Source: Phycisphaera mikurensis NBRC 102666 (GTDB lineage Bacteria; Planctomycetota; Phycisphaerae; Phycisphaerales; Phycisphaeraceae). From it: a DNA stretch of 32,000 nucleotides. The translations under genes were made by a program, and so were the position numbers. Positions 17,640 to 25,113 of this stretch are shown one piece after another. The notes beneath the pieces are model-generated. The model was not told the DNA's origin and did not search any database. It was given only the letters and a program-made list of their open reading frames with translations. The stretch is from positions 3,270,001 through 3,302,000 of the forward strand of contig NC_017080.1 in the NCBI RefSeq assembly GCF_000284115.1, given 5' to 3'. The first letter of the stretch is position 1. Each line of letters starts with the position of its first letter.

Positions 17640-19466
17640 ATGCTGTCCCGGCTGCGCGGCTGGCGGCGCTGGTGGCGGCGGCTGCGGCCGCTGGGCGATG
17701 CGCCCGCCGGACGGGAGGTGTGGCTGGCCACCCGCCGCCTCGTGGTCGCGCTCATCGGGGCGACGATCGTCGGCCTGGGCCTGGTGATGGTCGTCGCCCC
17801 GGGCCCGGCGCTGATCGTCGTGCCGCTGGGCCTGTTCGTGCTCGGCTTCGAGTTCGTATGGGCCCTGCGGCTGCAGCGCCGGCTGGTCGCGACGGCGGCC
17901 GGTGCGGCCGATGCGGCCCGCCGCTGGCGGCTCCCGAGGATCTCCGGGACGCCCGACGCCGAGATCCCCCGCAACGGGCGACCGCCGGACCGACCGCCGC
18001 TGCGTAGTGTCCCGACCATGCGGTACGCGACGGGTCGGCTCCTGGTGGCGGGTCGGCGGGTGAGCCCGGTGAAGGTGCTCTTCCTGGGCTACCTCTCGTA
18101 CGTCCTGCTGGGCTGGGGCCTGCTGTGCATCCCCGCGGCGCAGGCGCCGGGCCCGGACGGCGGCGGCGTCGGCGTGCTCGACAACCTGTTCATCGCCACC
18201 TCGGCGATGAGCACCACCGGGCTGGTCACCGTCAACACCCCGCTGGCCTACAGCTTCTGGGGCGAGCTGGTCGTCCTGCTGCTGATCCAGGCCGGCGGCA
18301 TCGGGTACATGACCTTCGGCTCGTTCATCGTGCTGGCCGCCCGCACCGGCATGAGCAAGTGGCGTGAGGGCATGGCCCGCTCCGCCTTCACGCTGCCCGA
18401 GGGCTTCCAAGCGGGCGCTTTCGTCCGCAACGTGGTGATCTTCACCCTGCTGGTCGAGGCCGTGGGCGCCGCGCTCCTCTTCTGGGCGTTCTCCGCCGCG
18501 GGCGTGGGCGAGCGGGCGATCGCCGGGGGCATCGGCGCCAGCGGCGTCGGGGTCGCCCACGTCGCCTGGCAGTCGATCTTCCACAGCGTCTCGGCCTTCT
18601 GCACCGCCGGCTTCTCGCTGTTCCCCGACTCGCTGGAGGCCTACCCCACCAACCCGTGGATCAACGGGATCATCAGCGCGCTGGCGCTCTTTGGGGCCAT
18701 CGGCTTCATCGTCATGAGCGACGTGTTCTGGCGTGCCACCGGCCGCCGGCCCCACCTGACCTTCACCACGCGGATCATCCTGGTCTTCACCGGCTGGATC
18801 GTCGTCGGCGGCGCCGTGCTGCTGTTCATCGCCGACCCCGCGATCGCCGCGCTGCCCGGCGAGGAGCGGGTGCTCGTCGCCTGGTTCCAGAGCATGACCG
18901 CCGCCACCACCGTCGGCTTCAACACCTACCCCATCGGCCGGCTGGGCCAGGCCACCGTGCTGCTGATGGTGCTGCTGATGGTGATCGGCGCCTCGCCCTC
19001 GGGCACCGGCGGCGGCCTGAAGAGCACCTCGCTGTCGGCCATCATCGCCACGCTCAAGTCCACGATCCGCGGACGCCACACCGTGACCTTCTTCGGCGCC
19101 CGCATCCCCCTGGACCGCCTGCACACCGCCTTCGCGGCGCTGGCCATGTACGCCTCCGTCCTGCTGATCGGCGGCTACCTCCTGCTGCTGACCGAGACCC
19201 GGCCGCTCGCCGCCGGCGCGCTCGGCGGCACCCCCTGGGCCTTCGAGGACCTCCTCTTCGAGGCCGCCTCCGCCCTGGGCACCGTCGGCCTCTCCCGCGG
19301 CGTCACCGGCGACCTCACCGATCTGGGCAAGCTGGTCGTGATCGCGCTCATGTTCATCGGCCGCCTCAGCCCGCTGACCTTCGGCCTCGCGCTCTTCGGA
19401 CCCGGCGCCGGGGACCACCCGGCACCCGACGCTCCCGAGGCCGCCGTCGCGGACGTGGCCGTCTGA
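17640..19466 (+). CDS. TrkH/KtrB-family K+ transporter with an in-frame N-terminal PGPGW-type membrane domain (apparent fusion)
   Basis: From the ATG at 18018 the sequence has four pore-loop motifs (SAMSTTGL, FCTAGFSL, AATTVGFN, SALGTVGLS), typical of the TrkH/KtrB fourfold MPM architecture. Positions 17640-18017 encode VVAPGPALIVVPLGLFVLGFEFVWALR, which is PGPGW-family-like. No stop codon separates the two parts. The true start could be 17640 or 18018. Confidence 0.85.
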   Translation: MLSRLRGWRRWWRRLRPLGDAPAGREVWLATRRLVVALIGATIVGLGLVMVVAPGPALIVVPLGLFVLGFEFVWALRLQRRLVATAAGAADAARRWRLPRISGTPDAEIPRNGRPPDRPPLRSVPTMRYATGRLLVAGRRVSPVKVLFLGYLSYVLLGWGLLCIPAAQAPGPDGGGVGVLDNLFIATSAMSTTGLVTVNTPLAYSFWGELVVLLLIQAGGIGYMTFGSFIVLAARTGMSKWREGMARSAFTLPEGFQAGAFVRNVVIFTLLVEAVGAALLFWAFSAAGVGERAIAGGIGASGVGVAHVAWQSIFHSVSAFCTAGFSLFPDSLEAYPTNPWINGIISALALFGAIGFIVMSDVFWRATGRRPHLTFTTRIILVFTGWIVVGGAVLLFIADPAIAALPGEERVLVAWFQSMTAATTVGFNTYPIGRLGQATVLLMVLLMVIGASPSGTGGGLKSTSLSAIIATLKSTIRGRHTVTFFGARIPLDRLHTAFAALAMYASVLLIGGYLLLLTETRPLAAGALGGTPWAFEDLLFEAASALGTVGLSRGVTGDLTDLGKLVVIALMFIGRLSPLTFGLALFGPGAGDHPAPDAPEAAVADVAV

Positions 19467-19552
19467 TCCGCGCCTCGCTCCCGATGCGGGAGGATCGGAG
19501 ATCCGGGCGTGTCGCATCGACCCCGAGGCCGTCGGTCCGGGCACGCCGGCGA

Positions 19553-20803
19553 TCAGGGGTTGAACGGCGCGTTGTCCCGGGACACGCTGAAGGCGCTGCT
19601 CCCGCCGGGCGCGTTGGCGAAGTCGTACGGCCGCACGCCGGATCCGGCCCGGTTGCGTTCGAAGGCGATGCCCGAGAAGCCGCGGCCGACGTAGCCGCGG
19701 CCGCCGCCCCAGGCGCGGTTGTTGATGAAGCGGACCGCGCGCACGCCGTTGGCGTAGGCGGCGTCGTTGCCGTAGTCGGTGAAGGTCACCATGCCGTAGG
19801 CCGAGGGGAAGCCGCTGCCACCGAGCACGTTCACGCGGTTGTCGCGGACGTCCACGCCGCGGGTGCGGTTCTCCAGGTGGATGCCCCTGCGGTAGGGCTT
19901 GCCGCGCTTCGCCACGGTGACCACGTTGTTCACCACGTCGATGCCGCTGACCCGCGCGAGCGCGATGCCGAAGCCCCCGACGCCCAGGACGCGGTTCCCC
20001 CCGATCCACGAACGCCCCGCGCCGGGCACGAAGAAGCCGGTGGTGCGGCCCCGCATCTGGTACCGCAGCGGGTTCATCGCCTGCGGGAAGCGCGGATCGC
20101 CATTGCCCGCGAGCGGCTTGCCCCCGTTGGGGGCCGTTCCCGCGTCGTTGCCGGCGTCGATGGTGATGCCCGCGATGGAGGGGTTGTGGATCGTGTTGTT
20201 CCCGATCACGAAGCGGCCGCCGTCGACGGCGCGGCCGACCGGGTTGGTGCCGGGGATCCGGATCACGTCGCGGTTCCAGGCGATGGCGGTGGGGACGGAC
20301 CAGAAGGTGTTCCCTAAGACCCGGAGCCCCCGGGGGGACTCGCCGACCTTGCGAATCCCCCCGGAGCCGTTCCGGAACGTGCAGCCGCTGATCGTCAGGT
20401 TCTCGGCGCCGGGCACCACCATCGCCCGGAACCGGTCGCCCGTGGGGAGCGACGGCTGCGCGACGAACTCGATCCCTTCGAGCCGGATCCCCGCCGCCTC
20501 GAGCCGCAGCATGTCCGGCTTCGACGGCCCCTCGAAGAGCCTGAAACCGTTGCCCCTGAAGGTGACGCCGGCCGTGCGGAGGACCGCCGGCCGGTCGATC
20601 CGCAGGTCCTGCCGGAGGTTCACGGTGCCGTTGACGCCGGCGCGGCGGAAGGCATCCTCGATGCCCCAGGCGCTCCGCGCGTTCACGTCGACGGTCGCCG
20701 CGGCCGCGGCCGGTGCCGCGACGCAGGCGAGCAGCAGCGTCCAGCGGCGGACGGGTCGGCCGGCCGCGCGAGCGGCACCGCGGAGGCGGGAGATCATCAT
20801 CAT
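19553..20803 (-). CDS. Secreted right-handed parallel beta-helix repeat protein
   Basis: The start is an ATG triplet (MMM) at 20803, followed by a signal peptide ([18 protein letters not shown]). Periodic G-N-x-F/I/V turns (VTFRGNGF, ISGCTFRNG, VLGNTFW, VIGNNTI, IGGNRV, VVNNVV, VRDNRV, FINNRA) are typical of pectate-lyase-fold repeats. Confidence 0.8.
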   Translation of the reverse strand: MMMISRLRGAARAAGRPVRRWTLLLACVAAPAAAAATVDVNARSAWGIEDAFRRAGVNGTVNLRQDLRIDRPAVLRTAGVTFRGNGFRLFEGPSKPDMLRLEAAGIRLEGIEFVAQPSLPTGDRFRAMVVPGAENLTISGCTFRNGSGGIRKVGESPRGLRVLGNTFWSVPTAIAWNRDVIRIPGTNPVGRAVDGGRFVIGNNTIHNPSIAGITIDAGNDAGTAPNGGKPLAGNGDPRFPQAMNPLRYQMRGRTTGFFVPGAGRSWIGGNRVLGVGGFGIALARVSGIDVVNNVVTVAKRGKPYRRGIHLENRTRGVDVRDNRVNVLGGSGFPSAYGMVTFTDYGNDAAYANGVRAVRFINNRAWGGGRGYVGRGFSGIAFERNRAGSGVRPYDFANAPGGSSAFSVSRDNAPFNP

Positions 20804-20946
20804 TGGGCAAGCTCCGAAGAGGAGAGGGAGAAGGAGAGGCCCGCGGAACCGCGAGCCGGTGCGTGAGGCAGATCGAAGAGCCGCCGGACCGGAATCGGCC
20901 CGCCGCGGCGGGAGACGCGCCGGCAGGCTAGAGAGCCGGAGCGTTC

Positions 20947-20961
20947 TGTCAACTGTTGACA
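20947..20961. promoter_or_regulatory. Perfect 7-1-7 palindrome TGTCAAC-T-GTTGACA in a divergent intergenic region (candidate operator overlapping a -35 hexamer)
   Basis: The inverted repeat is exact, and TTGACA reads on both strands. On the minus strand, TTGACA (20952-20947), a 16-nt spacer and TAGCCT (20930-20925) make a weak sigma70-like promoter facing the beta-helix gene. No matching -10 is seen on the plus strand. Confidence 0.35.
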
Positions 20962-21105
20962 ACCGCGGCGTCCGTGGCACGCCCGGCCCGCCCCTCCGCC
21001 GAGCGGATCCGCCGGCCGCATACCCCCTGAACAGGGGAGGGCTCAGCGAGCGGCCGGCCCTTAATTTCGCTCCCTCATCACATTCCCCGCAGGAAGAAGC
21101 TCCGC

Positions 21106-22062
21106 ATGAAACACGTCACGCCCGCCCGCCTGTCCGCGTCGGTGAAGGCCACGCTGCTCGCCGGTTTGCTCGCGCTGCCTGCCGCCCAGCCGCTCGCCTC
21201 GGCCGCGGTGCTGCTCACCGGCTCCGCCGGGGCCTCCACCAACGGCACCTCCAACCGCGGGTCGGTGGCGGCGCCGGGGATCCTCTACGGCTCGGAAGTC
21301 CGGGGCTTCGATTCCGGCACGGACTTCCCCGAATCCTTCGGCTCGGGCTACGCCGTCCACGATCCCGGTGCGGCGGCCTGGCAGCTGCGGACCGCCACGC
21401 TCGCCTCCCGCACCGCCGCCAACGCGGTCGCCACGGCCACGGGCTTCTCCCGCGACCGCCTCCGCTTCGGGAACACCGTGCCGATCCTGGTGACCTTCGA
21501 CGCCCACGCCGAGGTCTTCGCCAGCACCACGCTGGGCCCGCCGCTGGGACCCGACGAGCCCTTCAACCGGGCGCTGGCGTCCACCTCTTGGCAGGTGAAC
21601 TTCGCCCGGGGGCTCTCGCCGCTCACGCCTGAGTCCGGCAGCGGCTTCTTCCGGGCGACGGCGCGTCAAAACGCACGCGAGCCGCAGCAGATCGAGCTGG
21701 ACTTCGGCCCGACGACCTTCCGGCTCGGCGTTGACGCCGAGGTCACCATCACGACCGACTTGCGTTCGTCCGCCAGCGTCGGCAGCGAGCCGAACGCGCG
21801 GCTGGCGAGCGCGGCGGTCGACGGCCGCGCCGGCTACTGGATCGCCGGCCTCACCGACGTGCTGGGCAACGCGCTCTCCCCGGCCGACCTCGCCTTCTCC
21901 GCCGACTCCGGCAAGAGCCTCGAAAACTTCTCCTCGCCCAGCGTGGTCGCCGTGCCCGAGCCCGCCGGGTCGCTCGTGCTCGCCGCGGCGGCGATCGGCT
22001 GCACGCAACGACGCCGCCCCCGCGAGCGATCCGCGCGCGATCGCCCCTCCGCATCTGCGTGA
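21106..22062 (+). CDS. PEP-CTERM sorting-domain protein, otherwise uncharacterised
   Basis: It has a signal peptide (ATLLAGLLALPAAQPLASA). The C-terminal VPEPAGSLVLAAAAIGCTQRRRPRE has the PEP motif, a TM helix and a basic cluster. No other domain was recognised. Confidence 0.8.
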   Translation: MKHVTPARLSASVKATLLAGLLALPAAQPLASAAVLLTGSAGASTNGTSNRGSVAAPGILYGSEVRGFDSGTDFPESFGSGYAVHDPGAAAWQLRTATLASRTAANAVATATGFSRDRLRFGNTVPILVTFDAHAEVFASTTLGPPLGPDEPFNRALASTSWQVNFARGLSPLTPESGSGFFRATARQNAREPQQIELDFGPTTFRLGVDAEVTITTDLRSSASVGSEPNARLASAAVDGRAGYWIAGLTDVLGNALSPADLAFSADSGKSLENFSSPSVVAVPEPAGSLVLAAAAIGCTQRRRPRERSARDRPSASA

Positions 22063-22063
22063 C

Positions 22064-22092
22064 GGGCCGCGGGGCTAAACCCGCAGGGGCCC
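22064..22092 (+). terminator. Hairpin immediately after the PEP-CTERM gene stop (possible terminator, no U-tract)
   Basis: In gggccgcggggctaaacccgcaggggccc, gggcc pairs with ggccc and gcggg pairs with cccgc, with a 3-nt bulge. It starts 2 nt after TGA at 22060-22062. Confidence 0.35.
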
Positions 22093-22216
22093 CCGACCGC
22101 ACCGCCCGCCGGGCCCGTCGCGCCCCCGTGCCGCCCGCGCCGCGCCGCGGAGGTCGTCCGCCCGGCAAGCTCGGGCGCGTTGCCGGCTCGCGGGCCCCAC
22201 GCGGTCGCTTCGGTCG

Positions 22217-22405
22217 GTGCCGCCGCGGGTCTCCCGCCGCTACGAGCTGACGCTCGCGCACGACGGCTCCGCCTTCTCCGGCTGGGCGAAGCAGCATCCG
22301 GCTGTTTCTCGGGTGCGGGACGACCCGCACCGGCCGCCCCTCCGGGCTCGGCCACAGAGGCGGCCACGCCGCCGCTCGCGTAGCTTCGCCGCGTGCCGCC
22401 GCTGA
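22217..22405 (+). pseudogene. Truncated duplicate of the truA 5' end (62-codon ORF, copy 1)
   Basis: It encodes MPPRVSRRYELTLAHDGSAFSGWAKQHP, which matches the TruA N-terminal motif, then an Arg-rich non-TruA tail. Its stop lies 12 nt inside the next unit. Confidence 0.5.
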
Positions 22406-22581
22406 CCTCTCGCCGCTACAAGCTCGTGCTGGCTTGTGACGGCTCCGCCTTCTTCGGCTGGGCGAAGCAGCATCCGGCTGTTTCTCGGGTGCGGGACGAC
22501 CCGCACCGGCCGCCCCTCCGGGCTCGGCCACAGCGGCGGCCACGCCGCCGCTCGCGTAGCTTCGCCGCGTGCCGCCGCTGA
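22393..22581 (+). pseudogene. Truncated duplicate of the truA 5' end (62-codon ORF, copy 2)
   Basis: It encodes MPPLTSRRYKLVLACDGSAFFGWAKQHP, differing by one residue from the real TruA N-terminus, then the same Arg-rich tail. Its stop lies 12 nt past the truA GTG at 22569. Confidence 0.5.
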
Positions 22582-23432
22582 CCTCTCGCCGCTACAAGCT
22601 CGTGCTGGCTTATGACGGCTCCGCCTTCTTCGGCTGGGCGAAGCAGCATCCGCCCGGGGGGGCGCCGCTGCGGACGGTGCAGGGGGTGACCGAGGACACG
22701 CTGCGGCGCATCCTCAAGCCGGCGCCGGCGGCGGCCGGGCCGGGCAAGCTGAACCTGATGGGGGCGAGCCGCACCGACGCCGGCGTGCACGCGGCGGGGC
22801 AGATCGCGACCTTCGACGCGGCGACGTACCTGGACCTGACGAGCCTGCACCGGACGCTGCGGGCGTCGCTGCCGGACGACGTGGACTGCCGGTCGGCGGA
22901 GATCGTGCCCGGCGAATTCAACGTCATCGGCGACGCGGTGGCGAAGCAGTACCGCTACCGCGTGTGGCTCGGGCCGCCGGGGACGACACCCGGGAGCGGG
23001 CACCGGGTCAAGCCGCTGGGGCTGCGGCACCTGGTCGCCTCGGTGGAGGAGCCGCTCGACCTGCAGGTGATGCACGAAGCGGCGGCGGACCTCGTGGGCG
23101 AGCACGACTTCGCGGCCTTCGCGGCGGCGGGGCACAACCGGACGAGCACGGTGCGGACGGTGACGCGCTGCGAGCTGGAAGAACACCCCGACCTGCCCGG
23201 AGGCCCGGAGCTGCACCTGGTCATCGCGGGCAGCGGCTTCCTCTACAAGATGATCCGCATCGTCGTGGGCACGCTCGTGGACATCGGCCGCGGACGCATG
23301 CGCTACGACGCGGTGCGTCACGCGCTGTTCGACCCGCAGCGGAGCAACGGCGGGACGACCTTCCCGCCGAACGGGCTGTGCTTGGAGTGGATCGAACACG
23401 TTCGGCCCGACGGGAACGGCGAGGCAGCGTGA
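22569..23432 (+). CDS. truA: tRNA pseudouridine(38-40) synthase
   Basis: RYKLVLAYDGSAFFGWAKQ is the TruA N-terminal signature. GASRTDAGVHAAGQ contains the catalytic Asp motif. FLYKMIRIVVGTL lies in the C-terminal half. Confidence 0.95.
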   Translation: MPPLTSRRYKLVLAYDGSAFFGWAKQHPPGGAPLRTVQGVTEDTLRRILKPAPAAAGPGKLNLMGASRTDAGVHAAGQIATFDAATYLDLTSLHRTLRASLPDDVDCRSAEIVPGEFNVIGDAVAKQYRYRVWLGPPGTTPGSGHRVKPLGLRHLVASVEEPLDLQVMHEAAADLVGEHDFAAFAAAGHNRTSTVRTVTRCELEEHPDLPGGPELHLVIAGSGFLYKMIRIVVGTLVDIGRGRMRYDAVRHALFDPQRSNGGTTFPPNGLCLEWIEHVRPDGNGEAA

Positions 23433-24613
23433 TGACCGACCCGCTCCGCATCCTCCACGTCATCACGCGGCTGATCGTCGGCGGAGCGCAGATGAACACG
23501 GTGCTGTGCGCGAAGGCCCAAGCAGAAGCGGGCCACGAGGTGCACATCGCCCACGGCCCCGACGAAGGCCCCGAAGGATCGCTCGAAGCGGAGGCGGAGG
23601 CGGCGGGGGCGAGGCTGCACCTGACGCCGAGCCTGGTGCGCGCGGTGTCGCCGGCCGCGGACCGTCGGTGCCTACGCGACCTGAAGGCGACGGTCCGCGG
23701 GTTGAAGCCCGACGTGGTGCACACGCACTCGAGCAAGGCGGGGATCCTGGGGCGGGCGGCGGCGTGGGCGGTGCGCGAGCGGGACCGGCCCTTGATCCTC
23801 CACACCGTCCACGGGCTGCCGTGGAACGACGCGATGAACCCGTTGAAGCGGCGGCTCTACGTCGCGCTGGAGCGGTGGGCGGCGAGGCGGTGCGACCACC
23901 TGATCGCGATCACGCCGGCGATGGTCGACGCGTTCGTTGCGGCGGGGGTGACGACGCGGGAGCGGTTCACCGTGATCCCCAGCGGGGTCGATCTCCGGCC
24001 GTTCCTGCACGGACCGACGCCCGAGGAAGCGCGACGGGCGCTGGGCCTCGCGGACGGCCCGTGGATCGGCCTCGTCGCCCGGCTCGACCGGCTCAAGGGC
24101 CACGCCGACCTCTTCAGGGCCTGGCCGGCGATCCGGGCGGCGGTGCCGGGGGCGCGGCTGCTGCTCGTGGGCGACGGACCCGACGCGGCGGAGATCCGCG
24201 CGGCGGGCGAGGGCCTCGATGGCCTCCGCTGGCTCGGCCGCACCGAGACGGGCGACATGCCCGCCGTCTACCGCGCGCTCGACGCGTGCGTGCTGCCGAG
24301 CCACCAGGAGGGGCAGAGCCGCGTGCTCGTGGAAGCGCTCGCGGCGGGCTGCCCGGCCGTCGCCTACCGCGTGGGCGGCATGCCCGACGTGCTCGACCAC
24401 GGGCGGGCCGGGACGCTGGTGGAGCGGGGCGACACCGCCGGGCTCGCGGCCGCCGTGATCGCCGTCCTCCGGACCGACAGCCGGGTGGAGGTTTCGTGCG
24501 AGCACGGCCGGGCGCACGTCCAGCGGAGCTACTCCGTGCCCGCGATGACCGACGCGTTGGAGGCGCTGATCCAGCGGCGGGCGGCCGGGCGCGTAAAACT
24601 CCCGCGTGCCTGA
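23432..24613 (+). CDS. Glycosyltransferase family 4 (GT-B fold)
   Basis: ILHVITRLIVGGAQ is an N-terminal GT4 start, and HTHSSKAGILG is present. The C-terminal EGQSRVLVEALAAGCPAVAYRVGGMPDV is E-x7-E-like. The ATG at 23432 overlaps the truA TGA (gtgATGA). Confidence 0.92.
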   Translation: MTDPLRILHVITRLIVGGAQMNTVLCAKAQAEAGHEVHIAHGPDEGPEGSLEAEAEAAGARLHLTPSLVRAVSPAADRRCLRDLKATVRGLKPDVVHTHSSKAGILGRAAAWAVRERDRPLILHTVHGLPWNDAMNPLKRRLYVALERWAARRCDHLIAITPAMVDAFVAAGVTTRERFTVIPSGVDLRPFLHGPTPEEARRALGLADGPWIGLVARLDRLKGHADLFRAWPAIRAAVPGARLLLVGDGPDAAEIRAAGEGLDGLRWLGRTETGDMPAVYRALDACVLPSHQEGQSRVLVEALAAGCPAVAYRVGGMPDVLDHGRAGTLVERGDTAGLAAAVIAVLRTDSRVEVSCEHGRAHVQRSYSVPAMTDALEALIQRRAAGRVKLPRA

Positions 24614-25031
24614 GCCGCCGCTGCGACTGACCGGAACCCCGCGGGACGAGCCGGAGGTGCTGCCGCGGCGCGTCGGCGTGGCGGTGGTCGACAAAGCGAT
24701 GGGCAAGCCGGCACGCGGCCCGGTGCCGGCCCGCGAGCTGGCGATCGCCGTCGGCCTCGCGGCGGTGGCGTGCTGGCTGGCCGACCGGGTCGTGCCATTC
24801 CCGTGGAACGCGGTGGTGCTGGGCTTCGCTCTGGTCGTCGCCGGCGCGGTCGTGGTCTCGGGCCGCAGGCGTGCGCGGCGTGAGCGAGAGGCTTTCGTCG
24901 AGGAGACCGTGCTGCCCGACGGCCGCTTCCGCCGCTGCGCCGCCTGCGGCTACACGCTGAGCCCGGCGGGCATCACGCCCCCGCGGCTGTGCCCCGAGTG
25001 CGGCACCCCCACCGTCCGCCTGGCGCGTTGA
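24606..25031 (+). CDS. Small membrane protein with a C-terminal zinc-ribbon (CxxC...CxxC)
   Basis: There are two predicted TM helices (LAIAVGLAAVACWLA; AVVLGFALVVAGAVVV), then RCAACGY...LCPECG. The GTG at 24606 overlaps the GT4 gene end by 8 nt. An alternative ATG is at 24699. Confidence 0.6.
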   Translation: MPEPPLRLTGTPRDEPEVLPRRVGVAVVDKAMGKPARGPVPARELAIAVGLAAVACWLADRVVPFPWNAVVLGFALVVAGAVVVSGRRRARREREAFVEETVLPDGRFRRCAACGYTLSPAGITPPRLCPECGTPTVRLAR

Positions 25032-25113
25032 GGCCCGCGAAGCCGCTCCGAGCGGTCGCTCGCGACGCGGCTGGCGCGTTCGTCGCGCGAGGGGCGGAGT
25101 CGGGGGCCGTCGC

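Larger units (their letters stand above)
22217..22652 (+). repeat. 176-bp tandem repeat, 2.5 units (starts 22217, 22393, 22569), duplicating the truA start region
   Basis: Each unit has an 84-nt module A (the GTG start plus the first 28 truA codons) and a 92-nt module X. A2 vs A3 is 83/84 identical, X1 vs X2 is 91/92, and A1 vs A2 is 70/84. The third unit continues into full-length truA. Confidence 0.97.

Noticed and set aside
14400-20810. Shadow ORFs 14400..16964(-), 16563..17639(+), 17571..20810(-) and 18656..20317(+)
   Set aside because: They lie antisense or out of frame to well-supported genes (the NirDL-like gene, CaCA antiporter, TrkH-type transporter and beta-helix protein). They have Arg/Gly/Pro-biased composition.
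20975-20990. TGGCAC, which resembles the -24 element of a sigma54 promoter, downstream of the palindrome
   Set aside because: The required -12 element (TTGC[A/T], 5 nt downstream) is absent; the sequence there is gcccggcccg.
22217-22652. The truA-start repeats as a diversity-generating retroelement (template/variable repeat pair)
   Set aside because: The 14 mismatches between units 1 and 2 are not restricted to adenine positions. No reverse transcriptase gene is present anywhere in the window. The repeats are directly adjacent tandem copies.
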